Shown: positions 1-9,244 of the stretch, in pieces | Layout: each line of letters begins with the position of its first letter | Position numbering within the stretch: position 1 is the first letter of the stretch | Assembly: GCA_041697335.1 (NCBI GenBank) | Contig: JBGUGD010000035.1 | Span: forward strand, 159,151-223,150 | Length of the DNA: 64,000 nucleotides | Direction of reading: 5' to 3' | From: Vampirovibrionaceae bacterium NZW_1234 | GTDB taxonomy: Bacteria; Cyanobacteriota; Vampirovibrionia; Vampirovibrionales; JAGQHJ01 | Position numbers and translations under genes: made by a program | The notes under the pieces: model-generated | Database searches by the model: none | What the model was told of the DNA's origin: nothing | Seen by the model: only the letters and a program-made list of their open reading frames with translations

Positions 1-233
1 AAACCTTTCGGCTTACCGCACGAGCCCAATCTAAAGCAACACTAGGATGAGTCGTATATCCAGACATCGCTGCCTATACAACTAAAATAGAGCCGTCTTA
101 ATTGCGACTTGTTACAGTTCCCGAAAAGAAAATGAGTTGAGTTGCTGTGTTACCGTTTTCGTCTGAGGAGACAAAACCTAAAGAAAATTTCTTCCGGGAA
201 CCCGTTTTTTGTTACAAAGTTTTACAGACAAAT

Positions 234-264
234 CAAAAAAGGCCCTCGAAAGGGCCTTTTTTTG
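234..264 (-). terminator. Intrinsic terminator after flagellin 1 (potentially bidirectional)
   Basis: AAAAAA-GGCCCT-CGAA-AGGGCC-TTTTTTT, 26 nt past the flagellin stop; A and T tracts on both sides. Confidence 0.9.
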
Positions 265-289
265 AGCTAGGGACAAAGGCGATTAATTC

Positions 290-1132
290 TTATCCAATTA
301 ATTTCAAGGCCAGGCCAGGGGCTTGGTTGGCCTGCGCTAAAATGCTAGCAGATGCTTGTTGTAGAATCTGATTCCGAGACAGGTCTGCAGATTCTCTGGC
401 CACGTCCACATTGCGAATGCGGGATTCGGAAGAGCTGAAGTTTTCAGACGTGACTTGCAAGTTGCTAATCGTACTGAGGAACCGGTTTTGGAAAGAACCG
501 ATAGTCGATCTACGACTAGAAACAGCACTTAGCGCAGTATCCACTGTAGCCAGGAAGGCTAAGGCACTTGAGTTACTGATAACGGCACCAGCTGATGCAA
601 TAACGCCAAGGGTAGTTGCTGTAGCATCACCCAATGCACCAGAAATATCTACGGTGTCCAGGGATTGTACAGCATTCGCTCCCACTTGAATTCTCAAGCT
701 TGCGGGGGTGCTGGAAGATAACAGCCTGATTCCGTTAAATTCGGTTGATGCTGCAATCCGGTTAATGTCAGCCAAACGGGCATCAATTTCCTGCTTAATT
801 GCAGTCCGTTGGTTTGTACCGTTCGTGTCGTTTGCCGCTTGAACCGTGAGTTCCCGAATCCGTTGGAGGTTATCGTTAATAACACTCAAACTTCCTTCAG
901 CTACTGACAATAAGTTCACCCCATCTTGAGCATTGCTAACAGCTTGGTTAATCCCTCGGATCTGGGTGCGTAAATTTTCAGAAATTTGCAAACCAGCAGC
1001 ATCGTCCGACGCTTTATTAATCCGAAAACCAGAAGCCAAACGTTCCAAATTTTTCTGTAAAGCTTCGGTATTAGACGCTAAAGCACGTTGAGCATTAATA
1101 GATGCCGTATTAGTATTGACGACAAGTGCCAT
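290..1132 (-). CDS. fliC: Flagellin (short, 280 aa)
   Basis: N-terminal MALVVNTN..LERLASGFRINKASDDAAGLQI; C-terminal SRIRNVDVA..QILQQA..LAQANQ; AAGGAG RBS. Confidence 0.97.
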   Translation of the reverse strand: MALVVNTNTASINAQRALASNTEALQKNLERLASGFRINKASDDAAGLQISENLRTQIRGINQAVSNAQDGVNLLSVAEGSLSVINDNLQRIRELTVQAANDTNGTNQRTAIKQEIDARLADINRIAASTEFNGIRLLSSSTPASLRIQVGANAVQSLDTVDISGALGDATATTLGVIASAGAVISNSSALAFLATVDTALSAVSSRRSTIGSFQNRFLSTISNLQVTSENFSSSESRIRNVDVARESADLSRNQILQQASASILAQANQAPGLALKLIG

Positions 1133-1288
1133 AAATTGACTCCTTCTTTATGTTCACTTTCCTTCCAAAGAAAGTGTTATTTCCTTCCTGTTTTACTATT
1201 AGCTCCCATCTGACGTTGGGAGAAATCGATTTAGGGTAAATGATTTAGGTAGTTATGTGATATGGATCAGCTCCTTTCTTGGGCTTTT

Positions 1289-1316
1289 TTATCGTGAGTA
1301 ACCGGACTTCTCATGA
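1289..1316 (-). promoter_or_regulatory. Putative sigma-28 (FliA-type) promoter of flagellin 1
   Basis: Minus strand TCATG-N15-CACGATAA; same spacing as the element upstream of flagellin 2. Confidence 0.45.
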
Positions 1317-1449
1317 ACCGGGGGGAGGGAGATAGAGTTCCCAAACCATTTCCTGCCTTCCGAAGGGCCACGCATATAGCTCTAATACTGTGCTAAGCAA
1401 ATGCAAGGATTCAGCAGCAGCTCATGGTTAACCACGGCAAGTATTCAAT

Positions 1450-1930
1450 TGTTTTCCCCAAGCCGAGCAAAAACACCCGCCTGGGGCTGTCTGTTGCGCT
1501 TCCCAAGCCCGTCAACCTGATACATCAATCAAGTTGAGCGCATGTAGAAGCCCAAGATACGGTATATACATGCCGAATGTGTCATACCACTGCCACTCTA
1601 AAGTTGTTTGCCAAGAGTGGGGTAGTAAATACCCTAGGGCAGGTAACATCGGTCTCTTGAGATCGAGAAGAGAGAATACGGGTATCAACCGGCACTCTGC
1701 ATGCTCGACAACAGACGAGAGCTATTCAATTGACACAGGCTAATTCACCTGACAGAGGTGTCTCCCAAGGATCAATTCAGATCCCAGACCTGTGGTGGTT
1801 CATGCGAAGACAGGTTCGGTCCTCACACGGGTCTGATTCAGAGGAGGTTTAATCTGGATGCGTATTGAATCAGGCCCACACGAGGGGGGAGGATTGGGCT
1901 TGCCAACGATTCTCGTTGACAAGCCCAAGG
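1450..1930 (-). ncRNA. Candidate large structured non-coding RNA of unknown family
   Basis: More than 10 nested or adjacent helices and no credible ORF; most G-U-compatible pairs favour the minus strand (see findings). Confidence 0.55.
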
Positions 1931-1934
1931 AGCC

Positions 1935-2804
1935 TTACTGCAAGAGTCTTAAAACAGCTTGCGGTGTCTGGTTGGCTTGAGATAAGACACTAATAGAAGC
2001 CTGCTGTAGGATTTGATTCCGAGTCAGCATGGCGTTTTCCGAGGCAATGTCTAAATCTCGAATACGGGATTCCGATGACGTAAAGTTTTCGATACCAAGC
2101 GTAATGTTCTGAATGGTACTATCCAACTGGTTTTGGAATGCCCCAATTAAGGCTCTTCGAGAGGATACTGCCGCCAAGGCAACATCAACATCGTTTAGGA
2201 ATTTTCGGGCCACAGTACCGGTTGAAAACAAGATACTCGCCGTGGTTGTAAAGCCAGAAGACGTAGTAGCTCCTAAAAGGCCTAATGCCGTTGCTGCCGC
2301 ATTGGCCAACGCATTAGCAATATCCAAGGTATCTGTCGATAAGCCGGAATCAGACCCAATTTGCAGACGAGCATTGGTCGTTGATCCCGTCAGCAATGAA
2401 ATGCCATTAAAACTGGTAGACTGAACAATGCGATCATTGTCTTCTAAGCGAGCTTTGATTTCACTTTCAATGGCTGCCCGCTGATCTCGGTTATTGGTTG
2501 CGTTTGCAGCTTGAACTGTCAATTCCCGAATCCGCTGAAAGTTTTCGTTAATAACACTCAAACTTCCTTCAGCAATCTGTAAGATACTGATCCCATCTTG
2601 AGAATTCTGAAGTGCTGTTTTCAAACCACGAATTTTACTTCTGAGTTGTTCAGAAATGGTCAAGCCAGCAGCATCATCAGACGCTTTATTGATTCGAAAA
2701 CCGGATGATAAGCGTTCCAACGATCGATTTAAGTTAATGTTATTGACGGACAAATTGCGCTGAGCAATAAGCGACGCCATATTTGAATTCACAACTAAAG
2801 GCAT
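1935..2804 (-). CDS. fliC: Flagellin, second paralog
   Basis: MPLVVNSN..LERLSSGFRINKASDDAAGL; SRIRDLDIA..QILQQAS; AGGAG RBS supports the start at 2804 rather than 2858. Confidence 0.96.
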   Translation of the reverse strand: MPLVVNSNMASLIAQRNLSVNNINLNRSLERLSSGFRINKASDDAAGLTISEQLRSKIRGLKTALQNSQDGISILQIAEGSLSVINENFQRIRELTVQAANATNNRDQRAAIESEIKARLEDNDRIVQSTSFNGISLLTGSTTNARLQIGSDSGLSTDTLDIANALANAAATALGLLGATTSSGFTTTASILFSTGTVARKFLNDVDVALAAVSSRRALIGAFQNQLDSTIQNITLGIENFTSSESRIRDLDIASENAMLTRNQILQQASISVLSQANQTPQAVLRLLQ

Positions 2805-3005
2805 ACGCGTGTTCTCCTTAACTCGCTTTGCTACTTCCATGTAGCCCACAGCAATCATTGCTATGGGAGCTATTGAATTGAAAAATTTAAACGGATATTA
2901 CAAACGAACTCTTGTTCCCTGTTATTTCCTTCTATGACTCCTGTTTTCCAAATTCTCCTTCCTGTTTTCCTGTTCCAATACGTGTATTTTTTTCTCTTAT
3001 CCGGG

Positions 3006-3033
3006 TCTTCGGATAAGGGTTACCGATTCTTGA
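3006..3033 (-). promoter_or_regulatory. Putative sigma-28 promoter of flagellin 2
   Basis: Minus strand TCAAG-N15-TCCGAAGA. Confidence 0.4.
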
Positions 3034-3263
3034 AATTTAATCCCAATAACTCCTCCACATGGTGCAGTGCCCCCTGCTTCCTCAATCGACGGGTTTGTGC
3101 TAGAGTGAGCCATACAATGACACTTGCCTCTGTTGGATGCTTTTGAAGCATCGATATACCCGATACAGAAGAACAAATAAGCAGTGTTTCGTAGTCGTAT
3201 CGCGGGCTTTGGGCAAGCCGCCATTACAGGCAACTCACATGATTGGTTTAAGGAGAGGACAGT

Positions 3264-4640
3264 ATGAAAATCGCAGTCATTGGCGCCGGATACGTTGGCA
3301 CTGTTACAGGCACCTGCCTGGCTGAGCTGGGGCATGATGTTTCCTGCTCGGATATGGATGAAGCCCGCATTCAAAAACTGAGTCGCGGGGAAGTTCCCTT
3401 TTTTGAAGCCAATCTTGAGCCTCTCCTGAAGACTAATTTGGAAGACGGGCGACTCACCTTCACGACCGATACTCGTGGCATTGTTAAAGATGCGGAAGTT
3501 GTTTTCATCTGTGTAGGTACCCCGCCTTTGCCCAATGGCAAGCCCGATATGAAGCCCTTGGAAAAAGCTATTCAAGATGTATCTGCAGCACTTACAGGCT
3601 ACACTTTGGTTGTTGAGAAAAGCACTCTACCCATTCGCACTGGTGAGTGGCTGGAGCAAAAACTACGAGAAGGCATGGCCGCTGATGCCGAGTTTGATAT
3701 GGCGGCAGTGCCTCAGTTTCTGAGAGAAGGTTATGCTGTCCATGACTTTATGAAACCTGATCGGATTGTTATCGGCGCCAACAGCCAACGAGCGATGGAT
3801 TTGTTAGTTCAGATTTACAACCCGCTCAACTCACCTATCCTAATTACGGATATTAATAGTGCTGAGCTGATTAAACATGCCTCCAACGCCTTCTTGGCAA
3901 TGAAAATTTCCTTTATTAACTCTATTGCCCAAATCTGTGAAAAAACCGGAGCCGACATTATTAAAGTGGCCAAAGGCTTGGGCATGGATAAACGAATCTC
4001 CCATGATTATCTGAATGCCGGTGTGGGCTATGGCGGTATCTTTTTTCCAAAGGATATTGCCTCATTAGTCGCTATTGCCGACGAGTACAGCTTGAACCTC
4101 GACATTTTGAAATCAGTAGAAACCATTAACCGTTATCAACGATTAATGTTTATTGAAAAAATTGAACAGGCCTTGGGTGGAGCCTTAGAAGGAAAGAAAA
4201 TTGGCCTCTGGGGACTGGCTTACCGCCCTTACACTGATGATATGCGAGATGCCCCCAGTCTCACCATTATTCGGAGCCTCCAAAACCGAGGTGCCAAAAT
4301 TAAAGCCTATGACCCTCTGGCTATGGAAGCCACTCGCAATATTTTTCCCCATTTGGAATATGCAACAGATGCCTATGAAGCTGCTAAAGATGTAGATGCT
4401 ATTGTTATTCTCACCGAATGGGATGAGTTTGAACGGATTAACTTCAAACTTTTAAAAGAAACAACAACGTGTCGCGTCATTGTAGATGGTCGGAACCTTT
4501 ACCAACTGGAACGCATGGCCGATTTGGGCTTTAACTATATCAGTATTGGTCGTGTGCCTGCAAAAGCAAAGGCTGACAAGCCAAGTGGTAAAAATACAAA
4601 AGCTTCATCCAGCAAGACAAAATCCCTAGAAAAAGTCTAA
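3264..4640 (+). CDS. ugd: UDP-glucose/GDP-mannose dehydrogenase family protein with the catalytic Cys substituted
   Basis: IAVIGAGYVG, FICVGTP, KST, SAELIKHASNAFLAMKISFIN, VDGRN; GYGGIFFPKD instead of GYGGSCFPKD. Confidence 0.9.
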   Translation: MKIAVIGAGYVGTVTGTCLAELGHDVSCSDMDEARIQKLSRGEVPFFEANLEPLLKTNLEDGRLTFTTDTRGIVKDAEVVFICVGTPPLPNGKPDMKPLEKAIQDVSAALTGYTLVVEKSTLPIRTGEWLEQKLREGMAADAEFDMAAVPQFLREGYAVHDFMKPDRIVIGANSQRAMDLLVQIYNPLNSPILITDINSAELIKHASNAFLAMKISFINSIAQICEKTGADIIKVAKGLGMDKRISHDYLNAGVGYGGIFFPKDIASLVAIADEYSLNLDILKSVETINRYQRLMFIEKIEQALGGALEGKKIGLWGLAYRPYTDDMRDAPSLTIIRSLQNRGAKIKAYDPLAMEATRNIFPHLEYATDAYEAAKDVDAIVILTEWDEFERINFKLLKETTTCRVIVDGRNLYQLERMADLGFNYISIGRVPAKAKADKPSGKNTKASSSKTKSLEKV

Positions 4641-4779
4641 ACATATCCGCATATCCTTTTTCGTCTCTCCCTCTGCAGGGAACAGTCTCATCCATATTGC
4701 CCTTTTCAGGGAGGGCTTCTAGAATATGGAATAAGATCGAGTGGGTTATACAAACTGCCCCACGGATGGAGAGTGCTGG

Positions 4780-5439
4780 ATGTCGCCGGACCTGGATCAC
4801 ATTACCCGACTTAGCCAAGATACCGGACTGATCAAACTGGATAACCCCGCTTACAAGCCTGATTTGTTAGGCCTGGGGATGCGCAAGCGCATTGATTTTA
4901 TGGCCTCCCATATGTTCAACCAGTTGAAAGAACATGAGGCCGCACAAAAACGCACCGCCATTTTGTTTGAACAACTTCTCTGCCAACTAGAAGAGACTGT
5001 CACGTCATTTCAGGACGCTTTTTTTCGGCGAGATATACCCACGGGCAGCATTTATGCCCAAATCGATGCAGATCGTTCAGTCGGAATTCTGCATTTGCTT
5101 TGGCATACCTTAAGTTTTACCACCCGAGGCAATACTTGCCCTATGGCGTTAAAGCGAAAAGGGCGTGATCCACTCTTTGCCGGCCGTATTATTGCTCTAC
5201 TAGGCGACTATCGTGACAACGTGCATCAGTTAAATTCTCAGGATTACCCGGATGTCCTTGAAGATGAGCTGGCCTCTCTCTATATTCCCGCATCACTCAC
5301 TCAGCCGGCTGTCATGAGGTTTCGCTACCGGGACGAAGAATATTTCTTCCACCCAGCTGAGGCCACTCAACAGTTTTTACTCAAGATTCTAGAAACCGTT
5401 TGTGGTGGCGGCTATTACCACGAAAATATGCAGCATTAA
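4780..5439 (+). CDS. Hypothetical protein
   Basis: 219-aa ORF with GGAG RBS, co-oriented with its neighbours; no recognisable motif. Confidence 0.75.
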   Translation: MSPDLDHITRLSQDTGLIKLDNPAYKPDLLGLGMRKRIDFMASHMFNQLKEHEAAQKRTAILFEQLLCQLEETVTSFQDAFFRRDIPTGSIYAQIDADRSVGILHLLWHTLSFTTRGNTCPMALKRKGRDPLFAGRIIALLGDYRDNVHQLNSQDYPDVLEDELASLYIPASLTQPAVMRFRYRDEEYFFHPAEATQQFLLKILETVCGGGYYHENMQH

Positions 5440-5569
5440 ACTTGAACCACCTCCATCATCTGTTTCTGGTGTTTCTGGGGAAAAACTAACGGTTTGGGCA
5501 GTTTTCGACCGTATTGTTTTAGGCCAAACTGAAAAGAGATTAGAGAAGGCGACGAGGGTAAACTCAACT

Positions 5570-6376
5570 ATGACTGTTCGTATTGGCCCGCGTGGCGCAC
5601 GCATTGCACTTAACAATCGCCGAGAACTAGCTCAGCGTCTTGATGAGACAATTTTACTCTTCCCATCCCAGGAAAATACAGAAAGTATCCTTCAAAAGCG
5701 GTGTACAATCGCCGGAAAAGAATCGATTCGCGCTGTTTGTGTTCGACCAGAACACGTGCATCTCGCCAAGGGTTTCCTGGAGGGAACTTCAACCAGGGTA
5801 GCAGCAGTGATTGGGTGTCCTCCATCTTCTCTTGATTTTGATCAGGAATATCAGTCGCCCACGTTGGGCCAAATGTCCATCGAAACCAAAGTAAACCAGG
5901 CCCGCCAAGCCATTCTGGACGGGGCAGATGAAATTGACATTATTATGGATATGTCCGTTTTTAATCGCGCTAAACACACAAGTGGTGATGATCCCATGCA
6001 ATATGAGATGGCCTTCCTGCAAGAGGCCTCTCTGGATCTTCCGATAAAGATCATCGTTGAATCTCAACTATTGAGCCAAGAAGATTTGGCCCGGGCCACG
6101 ACGGCAGCCCTCAATGCTGGGGCCAGCATGATTCAAATCGGCACTGATTTGTTCTCAGCACAGCAGGGTGATTTAGTACAAAGCATTCAACTCGTTCGTA
6201 AAACACTTCAAGGAGCATTGGTACAACCTATTCCCTGGGTTAAGGCTGTTGGAGGAATTCATACTATCAAAGTTGTGCTGCAATGCTTAGAAAATGGGGC
6301 TGATATCCTAGGTTGCCAGAATTGCAAAGATCTGCTGGATCAATTTGAATCTCACTATGAAAGCACTTTTCAATAA
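5570..6376 (+). CDS. Deoxyribose-phosphate aldolase (DeoC)-like protein lacking the Schiff-base Lys
   Basis: AVCVRP, AAVIGCP, DGADEIDII, IKIIVE, VKAVGGI; ASMIQIGTD replaces ADFIKTSTG. Confidence 0.8.
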   Translation: MTVRIGPRGARIALNNRRELAQRLDETILLFPSQENTESILQKRCTIAGKESIRAVCVRPEHVHLAKGFLEGTSTRVAAVIGCPPSSLDFDQEYQSPTLGQMSIETKVNQARQAILDGADEIDIIMDMSVFNRAKHTSGDDPMQYEMAFLQEASLDLPIKIIVESQLLSQEDLARATTAALNAGASMIQIGTDLFSAQQGDLVQSIQLVRKTLQGALVQPIPWVKAVGGIHTIKVVLQCLENGADILGCQNCKDLLDQFESHYESTFQ

Positions 6377-6467
6377 GCGCTTTGCCATCACCGTAGAAAC
6401 CTCTAGTATCTCCCCGGTTGAGTACGTATTATAATAGGACCAATATGGTTTGTAGAAGCACCCAATA

Positions 6468-7523
6468 ATGGCCATTTTCACTGCACTTTTGATCACCTTG
6501 GTATTACTGATAGCCATTGTCTGGGCCTGTACAATTTTCACCAATGCAATTGAGTGGCTCGGCCACCGTTTCAAACTATCTGAAGGTGCTGTTGGAAGCG
6601 TACTAGCGGCTGTTGGCACTGCTCTTCCAGAAACCCTGGTTCCAACTGTGGCTCTGATTCAAGGCGCTGTTGCCCAATATACCGGCCACGGAGCTCAGGC
6701 AGCTGAAAACGCCGCACATATTGGTATTGGAGCCATTCTGGGTGCACCATTCCTTTTAAGTACTCTAGGCTTTTGTCTGGTTGGCGGATCGGTCATCTAT
6801 TTCTCCGCAAAACAGGTTCGCGGGCATGTTCTCCATATCGATTTGCATTTATTCAAACGGGATCTCAAATTCTTCTTCCCAGCCTACGGTATGGTCTTTT
6901 TGGCCAGCTTTGTGCCCTCCATGTTGTTTAAATGGGCCTTGGCCATTGGATTAATCGCTTTTTACGGCGTTTATGTTTACCAAACACTTCGAATTGAACA
7001 TGTGCCTGATGAAGAATTCGAGCTTGAACCCTTGATGATTGCTCGCAAATCTTCAGAGCCGGCAACAGCACTCATTGTGCTTCAAACTTTTTTAGGTCTT
7101 GCTGCTATTGTTCTGATGGCTCACTTATTTGTTGGACAAATTGAGTCTCTTTCCACTCTCTTCCAGCTGCCCCCCTTGCTATTAAGCTTGATTATTGCAC
7201 CCATTGCCACAGAGCTACCAGAAAAGGTTAATAGCGTGTTCTGGATTGGCAAAAAAAGGGATAATTTGGCCCTAGGGAACATTACAGGAGCCATGGTCTT
7301 TCAAAGCTGTATTCCACCAGCCCTTGGGCTGGCCTTTACACCTTGGGTGTTAGATTTTCAAGGCCAGTTGAGTGTCATTCTCTGTTTCCTATCTGCAGCC
7401 GTGGCTTATTTTGGTGTCATGATGCGAGGCCTCTTATCACCAAACTATTTATTAATAGGTGGCCTCTTCTATTTAGTCTTTCTTGTTTACAGTGTGGTAA
7501 AGATTCTTCATGGGGGCTCTTAA
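6468..7523 (+). CDS. Ca2+/Na+ antiporter (YrbG/CaCA family)
   Basis: Alpha repeats AAVGTALPE and APIATELPE..ALGNITG; about 10 TM segments. Confidence 0.88.
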   Translation: MAIFTALLITLVLLIAIVWACTIFTNAIEWLGHRFKLSEGAVGSVLAAVGTALPETLVPTVALIQGAVAQYTGHGAQAAENAAHIGIGAILGAPFLLSTLGFCLVGGSVIYFSAKQVRGHVLHIDLHLFKRDLKFFFPAYGMVFLASFVPSMLFKWALAIGLIAFYGVYVYQTLRIEHVPDEEFELEPLMIARKSSEPATALIVLQTFLGLAAIVLMAHLFVGQIESLSTLFQLPPLLLSLIIAPIATELPEKVNSVFWIGKKRDNLALGNITGAMVFQSCIPPALGLAFTPWVLDFQGQLSVILCFLSAAVAYFGVMMRGLLSPNYLLIGGLFYLVFLVYSVVKILHGGS

Positions 7524-8680
7524 TGGCGCTTCCTGGCCGGCTTAAAGTTCTCACGGTGTTTGGCACTCGCCCAGAAGCCATCAAAATGGCTCCTGTGGTT
7601 CAGGCTTTACAAGCCCATCCCGACGAGTTTGAATCAGTCCTGTGTGTCACAGCCCAACACCGAGAAATGTTGGATCAAGTACTCCACTTGTTTCAACTCA
7701 AACCTGATGTCGATTTGAATCTGATGCAGCCGAATCAGGACCTTTATGATTTGACTTCTCGGGTCCTGCTGGGCATGCGAGACGTCTTAGCGACTCACCA
7801 GCCTGACGTGGTGCTGGTCCATGGGGACACAACAACGACTATGGCTACAAGCCTGGCTGCCTTTTATGCCAAAATCCCTGTAGGCCATATTGAAGCTGGC
7901 TTACGAACCTTTGATAAATACTACCCCTTTCCAGAAGAAATTAATCGGGTCATCACTGACAGTATCGCTACATTATTCTTTGCCCCTACAGAGCGGTCTC
8001 GTCAAAACCTTCTCAATTCGGGGGTACCAGATGAAGCAATCATTCTGACAGGCAACACAGTGATTGACGCCTTATTTTATACACTGCAAAAAACTCAGGA
8101 TACCCTTCTTCCCTGGAGCCCGGATCCCCATAAGCGGATGATTTTGGTCACTGTACATCGTCGGGAAAACTTTGGCTCTCCGCTAATTGAAATTTGTGAA
8201 GCCCTTCAAACCATTGTCGATTCTCACCCGGATGTTGAATTGGTTCTTCCAGTCCACCCGAATCCTAATGTACGCTCCACAGTACAAGCAATGCTTAATA
8301 ATCGGCCTCGTATTCACCTGATCGAGCCTTTGGAATATGCTCCGTTTTGTCAACTCATGAGCCGCTCTCACCTAATTCTGACGGATTCGGGCGGCATCCA
8401 AGAAGAAGCGCCCTCCTTACAGAAACCGGTCTTAGTTTTACGAGATGAAACCGAGCGCCCAGAAGCTGTCGAGATGGGCACTGTAAAACTGATTGGCCCC
8501 CATCGCGATAAACTCATTGCCGAAGTCCATCGTTTGCTGACGGACAAAACGGCTTACGATCAGATGGCCAAAGCGGTTAATCCTTATGGTGACGGCCAAG
8601 CTGCAGAGCGCACCCTTGATGCACTGAGACGCTTCCAGCAGCGGAAATTAGGAGCCTTAAGCACAGCTCAGTCTGGCTAG
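7523..8680 (+). CDS. wecB: UDP-N-acetylglucosamine 2-epimerase (non-hydrolysing)
   Basis: VFGTRPEAIKMAP, VLVHGDTTT, HIEAGLRT, PFPEEINR, TVHRREN, LTDSGGIQEEAP, NPYGDG; TAATG coupling with the upstream gene. Confidence 0.97.
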   Translation: MALPGRLKVLTVFGTRPEAIKMAPVVQALQAHPDEFESVLCVTAQHREMLDQVLHLFQLKPDVDLNLMQPNQDLYDLTSRVLLGMRDVLATHQPDVVLVHGDTTTTMATSLAAFYAKIPVGHIEAGLRTFDKYYPFPEEINRVITDSIATLFFAPTERSRQNLLNSGVPDEAIILTGNTVIDALFYTLQKTQDTLLPWSPDPHKRMILVTVHRRENFGSPLIEICEALQTIVDSHPDVELVLPVHPNPNVRSTVQAMLNNRPRIHLIEPLEYAPFCQLMSRSHLILTDSGGIQEEAPSLQKPVLVLRDETERPEAVEMGTVKLIGPHRDKLIAEVHRLLTDKTAYDQMAKAVNPYGDGQAAERTLDALRRFQQRKLGALSTAQSG

Positions 8681-8726
8681 GGTCTATTTCCGACAATATT
8701 CATGAATGCCAAGGTATGAGACAAAT

Positions 8727-9002
8727 CTATCGCTGCATCTCAGCTTGGAGAGCGACCCCAGAGATTTCGGTGTCTTGGAGACACACTTTCTTCAAAGGAC
8801 CAGCGCCAGGCTTCTCGATGAGCTTGGGGGCACTAGGGTTCGCTTGCTGGATATGCCGCTTAATTTCTTCGTACAACGAAACAGGGTTATCGCTATAGAG
8901 CACCACAGGGGCCGCTAGGGACTTTACAAAAACTAAAACTGTAAAATTGGTTGGGGCTTGTTGCTGCTGGGGCATGCCGGGGTTTGGATTCATGGATCCC
9001 AT
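8727..9002 (-). CDS. Small conserved protein, resembles the cyanobacterial UPF0367 family
   Basis: 91 aa; C-terminal KKVCLQDTEISGV pattern recalled from UPF0367 proteins. Confidence 0.55.
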   Translation of the reverse strand: MGSMNPNPGMPQQQQAPTNFTVLVFVKSLAAPVVLYSDNPVSLYEEIKRHIQQANPSAPKLIEKPGAGPLKKVCLQDTEISGVALQAEMQR

Positions 9003-9065
9003 TGGTGTCTCTCTCGCATCGTTGTTAATATATAGAAGATTTACAAAGGGCTGAAGAAAAAACTA

Positions 9066-9139
9066 TGGCATAGGCAGGATTCGAACCTGCGACACCGCGG
9101 GTATGAACCGCGTGCTCTAGCCAACTGAGCTACTATGCC
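9066..9139 (-). tRNA. tRNA-Met(CAT), elongator type; CCA not encoded
   Basis: GGCATAGTAGCTCAGTTGGCTAGAGCACGCGGTTCATACCCGCGGTGTCGCAGGTTCGAATCCTGCCTATGCCA folds as a cloverleaf with a paired 1:72 position. Confidence 0.95.
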
Positions 9140-9244
9140 ATGCAGCATCCTGTGCAAGAATTTATTATTGGTCTAAATGAAGCAGAAAGTCAACAAACTC
9201 GGCTGCTATAATGAGAAGACGAGAAAACATAGAGAAGGCATTTC

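Noticed and set aside
1590..1625. GGCAAAC on the minus strand suggesting a c-di-GMP-I riboswitch
   Set aside because: The GNRA-capped P2 and the following GACGCAAAG segment are absent
1534..1743. 69-aa plus-strand ORF between the flagellins
   Set aside because: TTG start, no RBS and no motif; the region is better explained by RNA structure
2997..3575. 192-aa minus-strand ORF
   Set aside because: Largely the antisense shadow of the ugd-like gene
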